UHGV virus genome: UHGV-1698711
From: a virus
Direction: 5' to 3' (one strand)
DNA: 10,724 bases
Numbering within the stretch: position 1 is the stretch's first letter; every line of letters begins with the position of its first letter. The position numbers were made by a program, and so were the translations under genes. The notes under the pieces were generated by a model, which had not been told where the DNA came from, searched no databases, and saw only the letters and a list, made by a program, of their open reading frames with translations. Of the stretch, positions 7,158 to 10,724 are shown in pieces.

Positions 7158-7596
7158 ACTGCAGAAGGTGGACGACTGGCTGAGTGCCTTACTGGCGAAT
7201 CTGGAACCAGTCGCAAGAAGCCGCATGATGCGCCAGCTGGCGCAGGAACTGCGCCGGACACAGCAGCAGAATATCAGGATGCAGCGCAATCCAGATGGCA
7301 GCAGTTATGAACCGCGCAGGGTAACAGCACGCAGCAAGAAGGGGCGCATCAAACGTCAGATGTTTGCAAAGCTGCGCACCACAAAATACCTGAAAACTGC
7401 CGCCAGCGCCGACTCTGCCAGCGTACAGTTTGAAGGCAAGGTGCAGCGTATTGCCCGTGTTCACCATTACGGCCTGCGTGATCGCGTCAGTCGCAAAGGA
7501 CCGGAGGTCCGTTACGCAGAGCGCCGCCTGCTGGGTGTAAATGATGATGTTGAGGCAATGACCCGCGACATGATTCTGCAATGGCTGGCGGGGTGA
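7150..7596 (+). CDS. S: Tail completion protein, P2 gpS-like
   Basis: 148 aa ORF from GTG 7150, overlapping the R stop by 8 nt (translational coupling). It is the last gene before the S-V intergenic gap, as in P2. Confidence 0.85.
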   Translation: MAELQKVDDWLSALLANLEPVARSRMMRQLAQELRRTQQQNIRMQRNPDGSSYEPRRVTARSKKGRIKRQMFAKLRTTKYLKTAASADSASVQFEGKVQRIARVHHYGLRDRVSRKGPEVRYAERRLLGVNDDVEAMTRDMILQWLAG

Positions 7597-7599
7597 TCT

Positions 7600-7619
7600 T
7601 TGTATCAGCACTGATACAA
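7600..7619. promoter_or_regulatory. Dyad TTGTATCAG-ca-CTGATACAA containing TGT-N12-ACA; candidate Ogr/Delta-type activator site of the late promoter for the V-W-J-I-H operon
   Basis: 9-bp arms that are exact reverse complements around a 2-nt spacer, read directly from the sequence. TGT is at 7601-7603 and ACA at 7616-7618. It lies in the 68-bp gap between S and V, where P2 places its V-operon late promoter. Confidence 0.5.
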
Positions 7620-7664
7620 GTTGCAGCACTGCCGCCTTTCTTCCCCTGATGGCAACCTTTCCCT

Positions 7665-8243
7665 ATGAACGCACAATTAACCGAAATCATGCGCCTTATC
7701 ACCAACCTGATCCGCACAGGGGTAGTCACCGAAGTGGACAGGGAAAACTGGCTTTGCCGGGTGAAAACGGGCGAGCTTGAAACCAACTGGATCAGCTGGC
7801 TGACGCTGCGTGCCGGGAATGCCCGCACATGGTGGCGACCATCAGAAGGTGAGCAGGTGGTGCTGCTGAGTCTGGGCGGCAATCTGGAAACCGCCTTTGC
7901 GTTACCCGCCATCTATTCGAATCAGTTCGCGCCACCGTCGACGTCGGCGGACGCCTGCGTGACAGAACATCCTGACGGTGGCTGGTTTGAATACGAACCC
8001 GCCACCGGGCGCTGGTATGTCAGGGGCATCAAATCAATGGTCATTGAGGCCGCTGACAACATCACCATGAAAACCAGTGAGTTTGTACTGGAGGCTGACC
8101 GCACGCGCATTAACAGCGAAGTGGTGATCAATGGTGGCGTTACCCAGGGCGGCGGAGCGATGAGTTCTAACGGGATTGTGGTTGATGCGCATCAGCATAC
8201 TGGCGTCCTGAAAGGCGGCGATACAACCGGAGGCCCGGTATGA
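7665..8243 (+). CDS. V: Baseplate assembly / spike protein, P2 gpV-like
   Basis: 192 aa. MNAQLTEIMRLITNLIRTGVVTEVDRENWLCRVKTGELETNWISWLTLRAGNARTWWRPSEGEQV parallels P2 gpV, and a Gly-rich C-terminus is present. Its stop overlaps the W start (ATGA). Confidence 0.92.
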   Translation: MNAQLTEIMRLITNLIRTGVVTEVDRENWLCRVKTGELETNWISWLTLRAGNARTWWRPSEGEQVVLLSLGGNLETAFALPAIYSNQFAPPSTSADACVTEHPDGGWFEYEPATGRWYVRGIKSMVIEAADNITMKTSEFVLEADRTRINSEVVINGGVTQGGGAMSSNGIVVDAHQHTGVLKGGDTTGGPV

Positions 8244-8599
8244 CGCTTTATAGCGGGATGAACAATACCAGCGGCAAAGTCATTACTGATATTGACCATC
8301 TGCGCCAATCGGTGCGGGACATTCTGCTGACGCCGCAGGGTAGCCGCATTGCTCGTCGTGAATATGGTTCCCTGCTGTCGTCGCTAATAGACCAGCCACA
8401 AAATCCGGCATTACGCCTGCAGGTCATGTCGGCAGTGTATGTGGCGCTGAGTCGCTGGGAACCACGGCTGACGCTGGATTCCATCACTATTAACAGCAAT
8501 TTTGACGGTTCAATGGTGGTGGAGCTGACCGGGCGGCGTAATAACGGTGTGCCTGTTTCCCTTTCCGTATCAACAGGAGCAGAGAATGGCAGTGATTGA
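8240..8599 (+). CDS. W: Baseplate wedge protein, P2 gpW-like (T4 gp25 / GPW family)
   Basis: 119 aa. Position and size match P2 gpW. Overlaps V at its start and J at its end. Confidence 0.9.
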   Translation: MTLYSGMNNTSGKVITDIDHLRQSVRDILLTPQGSRIARREYGSLLSSLIDQPQNPALRLQVMSAVYVALSRWEPRLTLDSITINSNFDGSMVVELTGRRNNGVPVSLSVSTGAENGSD

Positions 8600-9494
8600 C
8601 CTTTCGCAGTTGCCTGCGCCGCAGATAGTGGATGTGCCGGACTTTGAGACGCTGCTTGCCGAACGCAAGGCAGAATTTGTGGCGCTTCATCCGAAAGATG
8701 AACAGGAGGCTGTGATGCGTACGCTGGAACTGGAATCTGAACCCGTCACCAAATTGTTGCAGGAGAACGCTTATCGTGAGCTGCTTCTGCGCCAGCGCAT
8801 TAACGAAGCCGCGCAGGCGGTGATGGTGGCTTATGCGATGGGCGGCGATCTGGACCAGCTCGCCGCCAATTACAACGTGAAACGCCTGACGGTGATACCT
8901 GCTGATGATGACGCTGTGCCGCCCGTTGCGGCTGTGATGGAAAGCGATGAAGCGTTACGCCTGCGTGTGCCTGCAGCCTTTGAGGGGCTTTCAGTTGCGG
9001 GGCCAACTGCAGCTTATGAATTTCATGCCCGAAGCGCCGACGGTCGGGTGGCGGATGCCAGTGCAACCAGTCCGGCCCCTGCAGAGGTGGTGCTGACTGT
9101 CCTGAGTCGCGAAGGCGACGGAACAGCAGAAAAAGACTTGCTGGATGTGGTGGAGAACGCCCTGAACAGTGAGAACGTCCGCCCGGTGGCTGACCGTCTG
9201 ACGGTTCGCAGCGCAGAAATCATCCCGTACCGCGTGGAAGCCACCATTTTTCTCTACCCGGGGCCGGAAGCAGAGCCGGTAATGGCAGCGGCAAAAGCCA
9301 GCCTGCAGAAGTACATCGCCAGTCAGACGCGTCTTGGTCGGGATATTCGCCGTAGCGCCATCTTTGCCGCCCTGCATGTTGAGGGTGTGCAGCGTGTGGA
9401 GCTGGCTTCTCCTCTGGCGGATGTGGTCCTGAACAAAACACAGGCGGCATCATGTACGCAGTGGAGCGTAACCAACGGAGGAACGGATGAATAG
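8586..9494 (+). CDS. J: Baseplate assembly protein, P2 gpJ-like
   Basis: Start chosen at ATG 8586 (MAVIDLSQLPAPQIVDVPDFETLLAERKAEF...), which overlaps the W stop by 14 nt. The track's 8547 start lies deep inside W. 302 aa. Confidence 0.92.
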   Translation: MAVIDLSQLPAPQIVDVPDFETLLAERKAEFVALHPKDEQEAVMRTLELESEPVTKLLQENAYRELLLRQRINEAAQAVMVAYAMGGDLDQLAANYNVKRLTVIPADDDAVPPVAAVMESDEALRLRVPAAFEGLSVAGPTAAYEFHARSADGRVADASATSPAPAEVVLTVLSREGDGTAEKDLLDVVENALNSENVRPVADRLTVRSAEIIPYRVEATIFLYPGPEAEPVMAAAKASLQKYIASQTRLGRDIRRSAIFAALHVEGVQRVELASPLADVVLNKTQAASCTQWSVTNGGTDE

Positions 9495-10092
9495 TCTGCT
9501 GCCACCGGGTTCAACTTCACTGGAGCGCCGACTGGCGCAAACCTGTAGCGGGATTTCTGATTTGCAGGTGCCGCTGCGTGACTTGTGGAATCCGGCTACC
9601 TGTCCGGTCAGCTTCCTGCCTTATCTCGCCTGGGCGTTCTCTGTGGATCGCTGGGACGAGGGCTGGACAGAAAGCGTCAAACGCCAGGTAGTGAAGGATG
9701 CTTTTTATATTCATCAGCACAAAGGAACCACCAGTGCCGTACGGCGGGTGGTGGAGCCGTTCGGCTTCCTGATCCGCATTATTGAGTGGTGGCAGACCGG
9801 AGAAACACCGGGCACGTTTCGTCTGGACATTGGTGTGCAGGACCAGGGCATCACTGAAGATACCTATCTGGAACTTGAGCGACTGATAAGCGATGCCAAA
9901 CCATGTAGCCGTCACATGATCGGCATGTCCATCAATCTGCAGACCAGCGGCCCGCATTGGGTGGGAGCCGCCAGCTATCTTGGCGAAGAAATCACGATCT
10001 ATCCGTATATCAACGAAACGATTATTTCCGGTGGCACCGCGCATGAAGGCGGGGCGGTCCATGTTATTGACACAATGAGAGTGAATCCATGA
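9487..10092 (+). CDS. I: Baseplate / tail-fibre attachment protein, P2 gpI-like
   Basis: 201 aa ORF starting 8 nt before the J stop and ending in an ATGA overlap with H. Position matches P2 gpI. Confidence 0.88.
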   Translation: MNSLLPPGSTSLERRLAQTCSGISDLQVPLRDLWNPATCPVSFLPYLAWAFSVDRWDEGWTESVKRQVVKDAFYIHQHKGTTSAVRRVVEPFGFLIRIIEWWQTGETPGTFRLDIGVQDQGITEDTYLELERLISDAKPCSRHMIGMSINLQTSGPHWVGAASYLGEEITIYPYINETIISGGTAHEGGAVHVIDTMRVNP

Positions 10093-10724
10093 GCACAAAA
10101 TTTTATACCCTGCTGACGGATATTGGCGCGGCGAAACTTGCCAGCGCCGCCGCGCTCGGTGTGCCGCTAAAAATTACCCATATGGCGGTGGGCGATGGCG
10201 GTGGAGTATTGCCAACGCCGGACGCAAAGCAGACGGCACTGGTAAATGAGAAACGCCGGGCTGCGCTGAATATGCTTTATATCGACCCGCAGAACAGCAG
10301 CCAGATTATTGCCGAACAGGTGATCCCTGAAAACGAGGGCGGTTGGTGGATACGTGAAGTGGGCTTGTTTGATGAGTCCGGGGCATTGATTGCCGTGGGC
10401 AACTGCCCGGAAAGCTATAAGCCGCAACTGGCTGAAGGTAGCGGGCGCACTCAGACCGTGCGCATGGTGCTGATTACCAGCAGCACGGACAATATCACCC
10501 TGAAAATCGACCCTGCTGTAGTACTGGCAACCCGCAAGTATGTGGATGACAAAATATCAGAGCACGAACAGTCACGACGTCACCCGGACGCCTCGCTGAC
10601 CGCAAAAGGTTTTACTCAGTTAAGCAGTGCGACCAACAGTGAATCCGAAATACTGGCCGCAACACCGAAGGCTGTGAAGGCTGCATATGATCTTGCAGCA
10701 GGTAAGGCACCTGTCAGTCACACG
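10089..10724 (+). CDS. H: Tail fibre protein, P2 gpH-like; conserved N-terminal part only, truncated by the window end
   Basis: MSTKFYTLLTDIGAAKLASAAALGVPLKITHMAVGDGGG... is the conserved N-terminal module I recall for P2-family tail fibres. The ORF is open to the last base. The receptor-binding C-terminus lies outside the window. Confidence 0.85.
   Translation, partial: MSTKFYTLLTDIGAAKLASAAALGVPLKITHMAVGDGGGVLPTPDAKQTALVNEKRRAALNMLYIDPQNSSQIIAEQVIPENEGGWWIREVGLFDESGALIAVGNCPESYKPQLAEGSGRTQTVRMVLITSSTDNITLKIDPAVVLATRKYVDDKISEHEQSRRHPDASLTAKGFTQLSSATNSESEILAATPKAVKAAYDLAAGKAPVSHT

Larger units (their letters stand above)
1..10724. mobile_element. P2-like (Peduovirus-type) phage/prophage late region: packaging, capsid, lysis, baseplate and tail-fibre genes in canonical P2 order
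   Basis: Gene order P | O N M L X holin endolysin lysA-position ORF lysB lysC R S V W J I H matches P2. Translated products resemble remembered P2 proteins, e.g. the scaffold C-terminus ...ATGGNAPADILTNC and the gpX and gpV N-termini. Genes are tightly packed with ATGA-type start/stop overlaps. Similarity is judged from memory, not from a database search. Confidence 0.9.

Noticed and set aside
7600-7645. The S-V hairpin read as a classical rho-independent terminator
   Set aside because: The stem is AT-rich (TTGTATCAG / CTGATACAA) and is not followed by a T-tract. The TGT-N12-ACA reading as an activator site fits the sequence better, though some terminator or processing role is not excluded.
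8547-8585. Upstream start for baseplate gene J (MCLFPFPYQQEQR...)
   Set aside because: It lies deep inside W with no ribosome-binding site. ATG 8586 gives a short coupling-type overlap with the W stop, as expected in this operon.
242-10427. Numerous short minus-strand ORFs on the track (for example 1555-1929, 3870-4193, 6866-7261, 7189-7629, 8991-9377, 9517-10098)
   Set aside because: Each overlaps a confidently assigned plus-strand structural gene (or the minus-strand terminase in another frame). None has a ribosome-binding site, and the translations are Arg/Ser/Cys/His-rich in the way typical of non-coding frames in GC-rich DNA.
1-10724. CRISPR arrays, tRNA/tmRNA genes, insertion-sequence ends, attachment sites or a cos site
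   Set aside because: No direct-repeat or spacer periodicity, no tRNA-like cloverleaf candidates, and no terminal inverted repeats flanking a transposase-like ORF were seen. In P2 the cos site lies beyond the portal gene Q, upstream of P and outside this window, and the att/integrase end is likewise outside.

Overview
This window is a contiguous late (morphogenesis plus lysis) block of a P2-like (Peduovirus-type) temperate phage or prophage from a GC-rich enterobacterial host. I read it by eye from the sequence and the ORF track; no searches were run. Gene order is fully syntenic with P2: terminase large subunit P on the minus strand (C-terminus runs off the window start), then on the plus strand scaffold O, major capsid N, terminase small subunit M, head completion L, tail protein X, a lysis cassette (small holin, SAR endolysin, multi-pass membrane protein, overlapped spanins), tail completion R and S, baseplate V, W, J, I, and the 5' part of tail fibre H. 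Genes are tightly packed with frequent start/stop overlaps and only three intergenic gaps. Two of those gaps carry TGT-N12-ACA dyads of the kind bound by the P2 Ogr / P4 Delta late activators. I found no inserted cargo gene, defence system, CRISPR array, tRNA or insertion sequence, so I do not think a novel multi-gene system is present here. The points most worth a second look are in the lysis cassette: it is not the P2 Y/K type, and the endolysin carries the cysteine pattern of the P1 Lyz disulfide-caged SAR endolysin.
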